DNA from: Octopus sinensis
Taxonomy: Eukaryota
Length of the DNA: 64,000 nt
Assembly (NCBI RefSeq): GCF_006345805.1
Contig: NW_021831861.1
Location: forward strand, 1,573-65,572
Direction of reading: 5' to 3'
Numbering within the stretch: position 1 is the first letter of the stretch; each line of letters begins with the position of its first letter. The position numbers and the translations under genes were made by a program. Shown piece after piece: positions 14,165 to 27,845 of this stretch. The notes below the pieces were generated by a model. That model saw only the letters and a program-made list of their open reading frames with translations. It did not search any database and was not told the DNA's origin.

Positions 14165-14223
14165 TAATGATAATAATAATAATAATGATAATAATAATAA
14201 TAATAATAATGATAATAATAATA

Positions 14224-14269
<46 letters not shown>

Positions 14270-14288
14270 GATAATAATAATAATAATA

Positions 14289-14350
<62 letters not shown>

Positions 14351-14790
14351 TAATAATAATAATAATAATAAGGAGTGAGGCGTGAAAGAAAATATCAGAG
14401 ATAAAAATGATATGAAAGGAAAAAAAATACGTATCGCGAGAATCCATATATAAAATATTAAATAACAAAATAATACTTGTTACTGTAAAGAAAGCCGAAA
14501 ATCTCCTGAGTTTCTCGCAGCAGACGTCGTTTTGACATCGCGCTGCAGGGCTTCTTCCGGATTTCTAATCAGTTCTGAGGACAAGGGAACAGCACAAATG
14601 CCTTATTCTTTTTTTTTTTTCAATGCTTTTTTTTTAATGCTTTGAGTTACTGCATCTGGAAAGTAGGTTCCCTTTGTAAGCGAACATCTGGGGAGCAGGT
14701 TATGCAGTCAACTGTAGCCGTACGAATCACCAAGTTACCGACAATGATTTCACGTTGTCTATTTGAAATATATATATACATATGCATATC

Positions 14791-14890
<100 letters not shown>

Positions 14891-15049
14891 TACATATATA
14901 TGTATATGTAGATATAATATATATATATATATATATGTGTGTGATAATATATATATATATTTATATATATATATACATTATATATATATATACATATATA
15001 CCTATATATGATGGACCAACTAAATTGTTTCTCCATTTTCTTATTTGTA

Positions 15050-15094
<45 letters not shown>

Positions 15095-15711
15095 TATCTA
15101 TATATATATATATGTATATATAATATATATATATGTATGTATGTATGTAGTATATATTTGAAAGGGAACAAATGCTTGTACATTGCTCACCACTAACCCT
15201 TCTTTTATATCCATTTTCTTTTAGAATTATAATAGTCGCTGTGGGTCCCTTAGATCCTTTCTTCTTCTTCTTCTTCTTCTTCTTCTTCTGTGGCATGCCG
15301 CGAGTTTGGCCTCTTTGGGTTTGCTATAGTTTCGTTAAGGGCATTTGCATTGGTACAGGAAATCTCTGCTAGCGTATTAATTTGATAACGGTTTCGTGTG
15401 GTTGTTCTGTACTGCCGACAATAACAACAGTACGATATCTGGATAACGAGCAATCCCTTATCGTTCACCTGTTTCAGATTGCGGCCATGCTGGGGCATCA
15501 GCTTGAAGAATTTTAGTCGCACCAATTGATCCCATTTCTTATAATTGTTTTGAGAAGCCAGTTACTTATTCCATCGGTCTCTTTTATCGAACCGCTAAGT
15601 TACGGTTGACAAGCGGTGGTGGGGGACAAACACACACATATGCATATGTCTATATGTATGGGCATATATGTGCATATGTGTGTGTGTGTGTGTGTGTGTG
15701 TTCGTGTGTGT

Positions 15712-15900
15712 ACGAAAGGGAGCTGAAAAGTTCCTGACTTCAAGGGTACCGTGAAAGGCCTCGTTGGAAGCCCAGCCTTCCGGGTTCTTTTACGCGGCTT
15801 GGAAAAACTGAAGGACCGCTGCAAGTGTGGGAATCTGATAGGGGATAAAATCATAATTAACTGATCCTTCTATATTTAACAACTTTTCAACGATCCCTCT
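15712..15900 (+). mobile_element. Mariner-derived miniature element; a related fragment lies at about 13510-13660
   Basis: TACGA(A)AGGG..CTGAAAAGT-type terminus and a residual transposase C-terminus (GLEKLKDxCNKCVNLRGEYVE* in the 13560-13630 copy). Confidence 0.55.
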
Positions 15901-16157
15901 GTGTGTATCTCTTTTACTCTTTTACTTGTTTCAGTCAGTTGACTGCGGCCATGCTGGAGCACTGCCTTTGAGTGAGTGAAAAGTTGTGGTGAAAGAGTAC
16001 AGCAGGGATCACCACCACCCCTGCCGTAGCCTCGTGGAGCTTTAGGTGTTTTCGCTCAATAAACACTCACAACGCCCGGTCTGGGAATCGAAACCGCGAT
16101 CATATGACCGCGAGTCCGCTGCCCTAACCACTGGGCCATTGCGCCCCCTTGTATATA

Positions 16158-16221
<64 letters not shown>

Positions 16222-16350
16222 TGTGTGTGTGCGTGTGTGTGTGTGTGTGTGTGTCTGTCTGTGTGTGTGTGTGTGTGTGTGCGACTGCGTGTGTATTGTT
16301 GGCGATTTTCTTTCTCCGTTTTCGCTTCCTTGGACTTTTCCGTTTCCTAT

Positions 16351-16385
16351 GTTTCTGACGAAGAGCTCCGTTCGAAACGTTAGAT
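16351..16385 (+). ncRNA. Minimal type I hammerhead ribozyme motif (family H1) within an element at about 16280-16485
   Basis: GUUU-CUGACGA-A-GAGC-UCC-GUUC-GAA-ACGU-U-AGAU. Stems I and II are kept through G-U pairs. Confidence 0.6.
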
Positions 16386-16963
16386 CCTCCTCCTTTCTTT
16401 CCTTTCCTGAGCGTCCAATAACACTATACTTGTTCCACGTCCTCGCGTTGTTGTGTTTTCTCTTTGTTCATGTCTGGATTAACAAGACATTGCCAAACGA
16501 CTTCATAAAATAGAACCGATTCCTTCTGCCAACCACCACAATTGTGCATTATGCAATGAAATATGAAAGTTTTTGGTGGCGTAATTGTGCCACACAAATG
16601 AATGTCGAAACGATCGTAGTGCAACGTGAAATTAACTATTTTGCTCAAGAACACAACACTATAATATCTTCGTGCCAAAAAGTAAAGCAGGACACAGGTC
16701 TTGGCTTGCTTGCTTTACTTTCTTCTCGTTCCACTTTTTGCATCAACCTTCTTCGCAGTTTTTTTTTCTCGTTTTTCTTTCTTTTTTTCCTCATGTTTTC
16801 TTATTGATCAGCACCCTGGTTTTCGAATAGGAGTAGTGGCATGCACTGAATATGAAGAATTGCATGGAGATACATGAGATATGTAAATCTGCTAAAATAT
16901 TTTATATCAACAGCATGAAACTATTTGTAGAACTTTTTAAAATTTTGTGTGTGTATATAAATA

Positions 16964-17010
<47 letters not shown>

Positions 17011-17021
17011 ATCATCTACTA

Positions 17022-17064
<43 letters not shown>

Positions 17065-17170
17065 TATCTATATCTATCTATCTATCTATCAATATATTAT
17101 AAATATGTATGTGTGTATGTATGTATGTTTGTATCTATTTATTTATCTATCTATCTATCTATCTATCTAT

Positions 17171-17238
<68 letters not shown>

Positions 17239-17266
17239 TAGAGAGAGAGAAGAGAGAGAGAGAGAG

Positions 17267-17323
<57 letters not shown>

Positions 17324-18028
17324 TGAATGAATATGTAAATATATATGCGTGTGTGTGAGTATATATATATGTATTTCTGTGAGCTTGTGAATGCGTATAT
17401 ACGTTCATGTGTCGTAATTCCGCTTTGTCATAGTCAGACATACAACCGTTTGTTTAAACACAGCGTAATTTATATCCACCGATTTCCATACACTTCCTAG
17501 GAAAGGCAGCGTTATATCACACTAAACCTGCTTCGGCGATGTACGCACAGACTGCAACAAAATATCGCTAATATATTAAGAAGGAATAACAAAGGAAAGC
17601 TAATCACTTAATTAATGCATCAACCCCCAGCTGTTTTCACTAAGAGGCCTAAACATTACAACGCAATCAGTGGAGCGTTATACTCCTCGGCTTTCTACAC
17701 AGCTTTCAAACCTTTCTATTTGAGAACCACTTTATTTTATACGCATCATCTGCACTAAGTGACCTGATTTTGCAAAGATTTCTTATCAGAGAAAACATTC
17801 TAACACTTAAGTGTAAACAATAACGCAACGTGGAAGATGAAAATATACGCAAATATATCCGCTAATTCTAACAAGTGCTTGAGTGTAGTTTATGGTTGAA
17901 GACAAATAAATGACGAATCAAACATGCCCTGCTGAGTGTACTACAATTAACCATTGACAATGTCACGCCGTTCCATAGGTAAACGTGTCCTACATACATC
18001 TGCATGATTATATACGCTCCTACGTAAA

Positions 18029-18997
18029 GGCGGCGAGCTGCCAGAAACGTTAGCACGCCGGGCGAAATGCTTAGCGGTATTTCGTCTGCCGTTACGTTCT
18101 GAGTTCAAATTCCGCCGAGGTCAACTTTGCCTTTCATCCTTTCGGGGTCGATTAAATAAGTACCAGTTACGCACTGGGGTCGATATAGTCGGCTTAATCC
18201 ATTTGTCGGTCTTTTTTTTTGTCCTCTCTGTGTTTAGCCCCTTGTAGGTAGTAAAGAAATAGGTATTTCGTCTGCCGTTACGTTCTGAGTTCAAATTCCG
18301 CCGAGGTCGACTTTGCCTTTCATCCTTTTGGGGTCGATTAAATAAGTACCAGTTACGCACTGGGGTCGATATAGTCGGCTTAATCCATTTGTCGGTCTTT
18401 TTTTTGTCCTCTCTGTGTTTAGCCCCTTGTGGGTAGTAAAGAAATAGGTATTTCGTCTGCCGTTACGTTCTGAGTTCAAATTCCGCCGAGGTCGACTTTG
18501 CCTTTCATCCTTTTGGGGTCGATTAAATAAGTACCAGTTACTCATTGGGGAGATATAATCGACTTAATCTATTTGTCTGTCCTTGTTTGTCCTCTCTGTG
18601 TTTAGCCCCTTGTGGGCAGTAAAGAAACAGGTATTTAGTCTACCGTTACGTTCTGAGTTCAAATTCCGCCGAGGTCACTTTGCTTTTCAGCCTTTCGGGG
18701 TCGATTAAATAAGTACCAGTTACGCACTGGGGTCGATATAATCGACTTAAAACCGTTTGTCTGTCCTTGTTTGTCCTCTTTGTGTTTAGCCCCTTGTGGG
18801 TAATAAAGAAACAGGTATTTCATCTGCCGTTACGTTCTGAGCTGAAATTCCGCCGAGGTCGACTTTGCCTTTCATCCTTTCGGGGTCGACAAATTAAGTA
18901 CCAGTTACGCACTGGGGTCGCTGTAACCGACTTAATGCCTTTGTCTGTCCTTGTTTCTCCCCTCTATTTTTAGCCCTTTGTGGGCAATAAAGAAATA
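18029..18997 (+). mobile_element. SINE family B pentamer (one head plus five ~184-bp bodies)
   Basis: Bodies start at about 18076, 18262, 18447, 18630 and 18814. B-box gagttcaaattcc, Nin/Deu-like core gcctttcatcctttcggggtcgat. Flanking duplication atatacgc(t/c)ccta. Confidence 0.85.
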
Positions 18998-19130
18998 ATA
19001 TATACGCCCCTATTTTAATCTAAATACATACATATAAATATAAGTGCATACACACACGTATACACACACACAGACACACACGCGTATACAAACACACACA
19101 CACACATATTTATATATCGAGGGAGGAAGA

Positions 19131-19161
<31 letters not shown>

Positions 19162-19853
19162 TGTGGCATAGTGGTTAGAGTGTTGTACACATGATCGTAA
19201 GATTTAGGTCTCGGTTCTTGGACCGGTTGATCCTTTATGTTCTTGATCAAGTTACTTCATTTCACGTTCCTTCTGTTGACACAGCAGGCAAAAATAAATA
19301 AGCCCGAGACGGACTGGCGTCCTATCCAGGTGTGGTAAGAAAATGAATACGCCACAGGATGCAAGAAATCAACTTTGAGAGCTCATGGCTCGGGAAATAA
19401 CTCTGGTCATTTGTGTATGTCTGCGTATGTGTATGTGTGTGTGTTATATTGACGCACACATATACATATAACGAATCAATACATGACTAGTGTAATTTGT
19501 TATCGTATCGAGTTGATCTGTAATTGTTGTTAGTGATGTTGGATAGATGGAAACTATCTAGAATCCCTTCGAATCGATTATACTTGTGAATCAAGTGACG
19601 ACCTTTGTCATTCACGCTGAAACTGCTTTTATATACATATATATACATACATATATATATACATATATATATATACATATGTATATATAAATATATATAT
19701 ACACATATATATACACATATACCATATACATACACACATATATATTATATATATATATATATACATATACATCATATACATTATATATATATATATACTA
19801 TATATATACATTTTATATATACATATACTATATATATATGTGTATATATATAT

Positions 19854-20026
19854 ATAGTTATCGCCATACTAATATGGCATCTTATAAAAATAAGAATAAA
19901 GCTGTCCGCTTATTAGCTCCATGAGGCCATCGCCTTAAGTTAGCTATTGATGGCCTCATGGAGCTAATAAGGGACAGCTTTATTCTTATTTTTATAAGAA
20001 TGCCATATTAGTATGGCGATAACTAT
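19854..20026. repeat. Near-perfect fold-back inverted repeat (about 78-bp arms, 17-nt loop) in a short element between (TA)n tracts
   Basis: Arms 19854-19931 and 19949-20026 are reverse complements with few differences. Confidence 0.9.
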
Positions 20027-20093
20027 TATTTTCCTCCGGAAACGCTGCCGTTGTTCTCTTTTAGAGAGACTTAGTAATTTTTAATATTTCTAT

Positions 20094-20159
<66 letters not shown>

Positions 20160-20864
20160 GTTTGTGTGTGTTTGTGTGGTGTGTGTGTGTGGTGTGTGTA
20201 ACTTTCGAACACCTTCTTTCTTTTTTTTTCGACATTGCTTCAGTATTGTACATGAACTTCTCTCACCTCTTTCTATCATCATTATTCTCTTTAATATTAA
20301 CTCATTTCCTATGTTTTTATTGTTTTATAAAGTACCTCTAATATTTTTTCTTTCTGCCTCTCCTCTTTTGCTCGTAGTTTCCCTTCTTCTTTCACTCTCC
20401 CTTCACTATTTTTCAAAGTCTGCTCGCTTGACTGCCTGTTTCACTTGCTGATGACTGCAAGTGATTTCTGCATCTTTCTCCTTTTTTTTTCACACTGGCA
20501 ATCTCCCACCTATCCACCGATTTATTTTATTTATCTAATTTTTTTCCCTATCTTTTTTCTCTCTCTTCTCTACTGTCACCTCTTTCAAATTCCATATGTT
20601 TACAGCGGAACAGAGCGACAGAATCAGTGGAAACTAATAAACATAAAAAAGATACGTGACTCGGATTTGTGTGTGCGTGCATATATATATATATGAATAT
20701 ATATATATTATATATGTTGGTGTGTGTGGTGTCTGTGTGTGTGTGTGTATACATATATATATATATATATATATATAATATACATGGTTATATATATACA
20801 TACTCCATATATATATATTTATTATATATATATATTATATACAGATATTATGTGTGTATTGTTT

Positions 20865-20895
<31 letters not shown>

Positions 20896-21701
20896 TATGG
20901 TGTGTGTGGTGTGTGTGGTAACACATACATACATATATTATATCTATGTAAATATAATATATATACATACTTTATATATATATATATATATATATAAGTA
21001 TATATGCATATTATATACATGCATTATATATTTTATATACATATGATTCATATATGTGTGTATATGTTTATATATATGTGTTGTGTGTGTGTGTGTGCTT
21101 GTTTGTGTATACGTGTGTATGTGTGTGTATACGTGTGTGTGCGTGTGTTATACATGATGCAAGAAACAGAACAACAGAACCGTTTTGTAGGAGTAGTACG
21201 TCTCCTCCAACAGAGCGTTCTGTTTCCCTCATCAGACGGGGTGGGAAAAAAAAGAACTAAAATTTACTGCGACCAGTATTGTAAGACAACTAGTCACGTA
21301 GGTTGTTATAAAACGTTTCTGAACAGATGAATGTAGCGAAAAATCTGACATTTTCATCCAGACGAATAAAACTATCTTTCGGGGGATAGCTATCTTTATA
21401 TGCTCCTCGGGGCATATACACACGATAACAACAGATGCATACACTACAGCGTACACTGAAATTAGTCTTCGTATCGTATTTTTCACTAAAGCGCTCACCA
21501 AATGGTAATATACACTGAATTGAATCGATAGATTGAAAGAATAAAGGAAAAAGGTTAACTTGTTTGTTGAAATATGTTTTACCTATCTTCATTCTGATAT
21601 CTTTGAATTACTTGTAGTAAGCGACGTGCATAACGTACATACGTAACTGTGTGGCTCAGAGGCTCGCTTTGCAATCGCGCCGTTTCGAGTTCAGTCTCAT
21701 G

Positions 21702-21755
<54 letters not shown>

Positions 21756-21779
21756 AATAATAGATAGATAGATAGATAT

Positions 21780-21822
<43 letters not shown>

Positions 21823-21840
21823 ACAGACAGACAGACAGAC

Positions 21841-21873
<33 letters not shown>

Positions 21874-21973
21874 TATAGATAGATAGACAGGCAGGCAGAC
21901 AGACAGACAAGCAGGCAGACAGAGAGACAGGCAGACAGATATATATATATATATATATATAATATATATATAT

Positions 21974-22009
<36 letters not shown>

Positions 22010-22060
22010 GTAGGTATGGTTGAGATAGATATTTTCTTATTAGCCACAGGGCTGCACACC

Positions 22061-22156
<96 letters not shown>

Positions 22157-22549
22157 GCCAGCCCTCACCTGTTTCCAAGCGAGGAAATATTTGAGCATGA
22201 CCCGTTATTTTTACTGTTTTGTTTTCACTGTCATCTTCTTGTTACAATTTTCACCCTCCGCAAAACATTCCAAATTTTATTTAATTTGCTTTGCGGGAAG
22301 GATTGTTTCAACGAAGTCGCGTCTTGTCCTTGCCTTCGTAACGTGGAGTAGATGAAACAGGGACAACTGAAGGGGAATATTCTTTATGTTGTATGTCTCG
22401 TTTCTCTGTTTGTTTGTTTTTTTTTCTTTTCGTTGTTCGAAAAACAGGCAGTAGTATTATACATACTTTCAGGTTTGTGTTTGGGTACATGTTGTGAGTG
22501 AATAGATAACTGAAAAAAATGGAGTCAAGAAGAAGGAGTAAGGTTGGAC

Positions 22550-22900
22550 ATTTATTTCTTTTTAATCGCTACAATTGTTTCTACGCAACGTAGTTCTCCA
22601 GACATGCACGTATTTGATTATGCAATTGTTTCCCTGCATTATGATATCTAGTTGTGTTTCGTCAGGCGATATGTAAGTATTGTCTCCGTAAATTCAACTA
22701 CTACTAAATTCAGGCCACGACAGACAGAAAGGATGTTCTTGAAGTCGAGGATTTTGAATTTACGGAGACAATATTTACATATCGCCTGACGAAACACAAC
22801 TAGATATTATAATGCATGAAAACAATTGCAAAATCAAGTACCTGCACGTCTAGAGAACTACGTTGCGTAGAAACAACTGTAGCAATTAAAAATAAAATAA
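22550..22900. repeat. Inverted repeat (about 145-bp arms, about 56-nt spacer) with one hammerhead motif per arm
   Basis: Arms about 22550-22697 and 22754-22900. Confidence 0.85.
22565..22670 (-). ncRNA. Type I hammerhead motif with long stem II insertion (family H2); mirror copy on the + strand at 22781-22886
   Basis: AUCGC-CUGACGA-AACAC...GCGUA-GAA-ACAAUUGU-A-GCGAU. Perfect 5-bp stem I, palindromic stem III, GUA site, weak stem II. Confidence 0.6.
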
Positions 22901-24837
22901 AATTTAATCTCTCTTTGAGATTAATTAGTCTCCTGAAACATATACTCATGTCTTTATAATTAATAGGTCGTGTATTGCGCGCGTGCGTGCGTGCGTGTAT
23001 AATACATGTGATGTGTTTTACTATTTTCTTTTGTGTTGAAAGCTGGAAATAAGGTTGGTCAGTTGCTGTGTTGATGACGTCTATTGAGGCAGAAACATGT
23101 ATCAATATGTGTTCTTTTGTCTCCAGGTGCCAGTTTCCAAGAAATTCTTCATTCTTGAGAATATCTTCCCTTTTCATTTAGCAATTGTTCCCAATTGCCA
23201 CCAAGCGATTGTTCTACCCTCACTGGAGATTATTTCAGTAAATCTAAAAGAATTTATTGTTTATGGTATTTGCTGCACCCTTACTAGTTTTAGTTGTTTC
23301 GTTATATGCCACTGGCCACCCTGAGTTGTTTCTCTAAGCTTATTTTTGCTTCACATATATATACACACATACACACACACACACACACACACAAACACAT
23401 ATACATACTTATATGTATATATATATACACATACAAACATATATACATACTTATATGTGTGTGTATATATATATATATAGACACACACACAGGTATATAT
23501 ATACACATATATATGACGATCTTCTTTCAGTTTCCGTCGACTAAATCCATTCACAAAACGTTGGTCGGCTCAAGGCTATGATAGAAGATACTTGGCCAAG
23601 GTGCCACGCAGTGGGACTGAACCCGAAACCATGTGGATCGGAAGCAAGCTTCTCACCACATAGACAGACAACAAACAAACAGAAAGATAGATGAATAGAT
23701 TCGTGTACGCACACACATATTTGTGTGTGTAGACATGTATGTATGTATGTATGTATGTATGTATGTATGTATGTATGTATGTATGTATGTATGTATGTAT
23801 GTATGTATGTATGCATGCATGCATGCATGCATGTATGTATGTATGTATGTATGTATGTATGTATGTATGTATGTATGTATGTATGTATGTATGTTAGCAC
23901 GAGATCTCAGAATTTCCCCACAAAAGTGAGGTACGCTTCAGCTTTTGTTAAAGCATGTCTCTAGGAGAAGGTCATTCTGATATAAAACCAGATGTGCAGG
24001 GAATGGCATTGAGCGTTTTGGGGATCTTTTGGTTGTGCTCGAGGTCATGGCGCTACCACATTTCTGTGCCTCCGACCCAAATTGGTAGTGGATACCTTGC
24101 CCTGACCTTGTCTCTGGATCATGGGTGGAGAAGGTCAGTGAGGTGTAGTGCAAGCTTCATTGGACCTAACATCCTACGTTGTGCAATCGTCGGCGATGCA
24201 ACTTTCCGATGGCCGGTCTTATAGGAGGGTGTCGCGGTGACATGGAAGACACCGGCGCGAACGTAGCTGAAACCACCCTCAAGGTGCAATAACCTCACGC
24301 ACTGGCATTGCTGGTATTTTGTATGGACAATGGTCAGTGATGGTCTTCCTTGGTCACGAGTAGACAGCCATCATGATTTACTTACGGGGGTCAGCGATTA
24401 TATATCACCTGAGGAGATATAACTGGATCCCATTATACAGATTAAACCGTTGCTTAATTTAAACCCTGTGTATATGTGGATCTATGTCGTTTCGAAACAT
24501 GCGTAGAGTTTATTAAATGGTTGTCAAAATGTACTCCTTCGTGGACATTGGCAAACTTCTTTTTCGCCGTTGGCTATGTATACCTTCCGCCCAGCTTCCC
24601 TTTTGGTTAGCTGGTATACAGTACCCTGCTACCCCCATCCCTCCAGGCTTTCCAGGCCTGTTTCTTTGCTCTAATGGTTTTGTCTACCATACTAATCCAC
24701 CACCACGTAACTCTAGGTCTGGAAGGGACTTTGTACTATACGCAGACTTGGTTTGTGACACTCAGAAAGCTGTCCCGTAGGAATTTCCGGCTCCTTCTAT
24801 GTCCGATGTCTGTAGCTCCTCCTCCCTCACCTCAAAT

Positions 24838-25090
24838 TTCAAAAAGTCTCTCCGCAGTGAATTTTTTCATCCTGAGTCTGCAAGAGTCAGACACTCCAAG
24901 ATATATTTCAAAACATGTGTAGTAGAGTCAACTTAAGTATTCAAAATGAAGGACAACACTTTCAACACCTCTTATAAAGTTTTTTAAAGTCTTGCAAAGT
25001 CTAATATATTCTTTTGTAGTCTTCTACCATCTTATAAATATTTATTTTGCAACAAAATACTTACTGCGGAGAGACTTTTTGAACATCCTG
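24838..25090. mobile_element. Tc1/mariner-type MITE
   Basis: Inverted repeats ttcaaaaagtctctccgcagt / actgcggagagactttttgaa, with right end catcctg. Confidence 0.6.
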
Positions 25091-25390
25091 TGTATGTAGA
25101 GAGAGAGAGAAAAAGAGAGAGAGGGAGAGACACACACACACACTCACACACATAGTAGATAAATTTATTCATTTATTTATTCTTAGTTTTTTGATATTTG
25201 TAATGTGGCATTTCGTCCGCCATTACGTTCTATGTTCAAATGGTATCGGGGTCTACTTTGCTTTTCATCCTTTCGGGATGGATGAAATAAATACCAGCTG
25301 AGTACTGGGGTCGATATAATCGACGTAGCCCCTCCCTTTATATTTCTGGCCTTGTGCCAAAATTTGAAACCAATATGTATTTGTAATATA

Positions 25391-25790
25391 CTCTTTTACT
25401 TGTTTCAGTCATTTGACTGCGACCATGCTGGAGCACCGCCTTTAGTCGAGCAAATCGACCCTAAGACTTATTCTTTGTAAGCCTAGTACTTACTCTATCG
25501 GTCTCTTTTGCCAAACCGCTAAGTTGCGGGAGACGTAAACACACCAGCATCGGTTGTCAAGCGATGTTGGGGGGGGGGGGGCAAACACAGACACACACAT
25601 ATATATACATATACATATATACATATATACGACGGGCTTCATTTCAGTTTCCGCTTACCAAACCCACTCACAAGGCATTGGTCGGCCTGAGGCTAGAGTA
25701 AAAGACACTAGCCCAAGGTGCCACGCAGTGGGACTGAACCCAGAACCATGTTATTGGTAAGCAAGCTACTTACCACACAGCCACTCCTGC
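25391..25790 (-). mobile_element. SINE family A
   Basis: Full-length reverse copy. Confidence 0.85.
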
Positions 25791-26334
25791 ACCAATTTTT
25801 TTGTTGTTGTTTGATTCTGTTTTTTTTTTACAATACTTGATTGATAGATTTTTAATGATGCCAAGGTTTATGAAGAGATGTAGGTAGGTGGGACACAGGT
25901 GAGAAAGGAAAAGAAGAGGATGATACTAAAGATGAACATATGACTTCAGTCGCTGCAGAGAGATAGACACTGAAAAAACGATTAGTTTCGAGCTCATGAG
26001 AAAAGTGTATCGTTCTATCACAGCAGGCTTCACATGATGAAGCTGTCAACAGATGAAAATAGAAGCAAGTTGAGGTTACTGGAACTAATTGAAAATACAT
26101 AGCGATATATATATTCCTTTATATATATACAGACATAAATACATATATATATGTGTGTGTGTATAATATGTCTGTGTGTGTACGTATACAGTAGCCATGT
26201 CATCAACGTCTGCATACATGCATGTATGGATACATACATTAAAATACATGTACAGAGAGAAACATTTGTGCGTGTAGGCACGCTATATGCTTGTAACTGT
26301 ATATACATACGTATCTATCTATCTATCTATCTAA

Positions 26335-26377
<43 letters not shown>

Positions 26378-26402
26378 TTATCTATCTATCTATTTATCTA
26401 TC

Positions 26403-26471
<69 letters not shown>

Positions 26472-26481
26472 ATATATAATA

Positions 26482-26519
<38 letters not shown>

Positions 26520-26520
26520 C

Positions 26521-26672
26521 TTTATTTAAAAGCAGCAGAATTCAACAAAACCTGTTACTCTGAGTAACAGGTTTTGTTGAATTTCTGCTGCTTTTAAATA
26601 AAGTATATTACTCTACCCCTAGTATTTGAGTACTTTTTTTCCACCTTGTTTCACATTTATGTGTTTACTCCG
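26521..26672 (+). mobile_element. Short TA-inserted element (family H3) beginning with a ~40-bp-arm hairpin
   Basis: tttatttaaaagcagcagaattcaacaaaacctgttactc-t-gagtaacaggttttgttgaatttctgctgcttttaaataaa. Homologous to 41705-41775 and 41981-42158. Confidence 0.75.
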
Positions 26673-26685
26673 GTATATATATATA

Positions 26686-27385
26686 CAGGATACGATGGTT
26701 AAACTGCTGCCATTTTATACTTTTAATTTTCGCTCATATGCGTTGTTTGCTTTTGACTTTGTCGACTACACAGTATTGTAGGGTCAATTGGACTCTCTGT
26801 GAGAGAAAACAGCACTGTGAAACAATTCCCTCAGCCAGAAATTTGGAAACAACATGCTGTACTGCTTGGCATTTGCGCCGGAAGCTCCCTACAAACAGTT
26901 CAGTGTTTGGGTGTCAATCCGAGGACAGTGCAATCTGAAGACCGTACAACCTGAGGATAGTGCAATCTGAGGACATGTACCGAGAGTGAATAAAAATCAA
27001 ACATCCAGTCAAGATCATGGTGTTTGGAGTGACCACTAGTGATAGCGATCTTATGCCTCCATTCGTCTTCCCACACGGCCTCAGACTCAACTCGGGGACC
27101 TACATCAAGTGCCTGGAGGAGAGAGTGCTGCTCTGGGTCAAAAGGGTGGCTGCTGGAAGACGCTATGTCTGGCAATAGGACTCTGCACCATTCCACACAA
27201 GCAGAGAAATCCAGTCATGGCTGTCAGACAAGTTCTGCGACCACACCACCCCTAACATCTGGCCACCAAACTTTCCAGACTGCAACCTCCTTGATTATTA
27301 TGTGCGGGACGCAGTTGAGCGAGAGACCAACAAAACTTCTTGTAATACCAAAGATGAACTGAAGGCAAGGATTATGGCAGCATTC
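26686..27385 (+). pseudogene. Degenerate Tc1/mariner transposase of the DD37D (maT) type
   Basis: IMVFG...YVWQ*DSAPFHTSREIQSWLSDKFCDHTTPNIWPPNFPDCNLLDYY has 37 residues between the last two Asp. In-frame stop, internal deletion. The element starts ta|cagga. Confidence 0.8.
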
Positions 27386-27845
27386 ACAAATATACTTCAC
27401 ATTAAAAGATTATCTACTAAATAATACTAATAAAGTTGACCGTATATCTTCGAAGTTTCATTCCCTGGTAAAACTCCATGTATTTTAAGATTATTCAGGC
27501 AAAATTGGCTCCCTTAGCTAAAAGACGTCAAGGTTGTGCGACCAGACCTAGTTTTCGAGGTTATCTTAGCAATAAAAAAGAGTTGATGTGCAAAAAATAA
27601 ACTTTATTTGATAGCCGAAAGATTACCGAATCTTTTGATACCTCATAAGTCAAAATTAGCAGCTCAGTTTTCCTGAAAACTAGGTCTGGTCGCACAACCT
27701 TGACGTCTTTTAGCTAAGGGAGCCAATTTTGCCTGAATAATCTTAAAATACATGGAGTTTTACCAGGGAATGAAACTTCGAAGATATACGGTCAACTTTA
27801 TTAGTATTATTTAGTAGATAATCTTTTAATGTGAAGTATGTTTGT
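27386..27845. repeat. Almost perfect inverted repeat, 171-bp arms, 118-bp spacer
   Basis: Arms 27386-27556 and 27675-27845. By eye only one mismatch, near the outer end. Confidence 0.92.

Noticed and set aside
14495-14565. Hairpin ending GAAACUC with an upstream CGGAAGA on the minus strand
   Set aside because: The core deviates and stem I is unconvincing. It is possibly a relic but not supportable.
18029-18997. Tandem array as a possible CRISPR or satellite
   Set aside because: The units are whole ~184-bp SINE bodies with no unique spacers, in a eukaryotic context.
21151-21238. CUGAUGA followed by a long stem II on the minus strand
   Set aside because: GAAA is replaced by GCAU and stem I does not pair. 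At best a dead relic.
23910-24340. GC-richer stretch with short ORFs
   Set aside because: No recognisable protein motif or splice-compatible frame. Probably an old element fragment.
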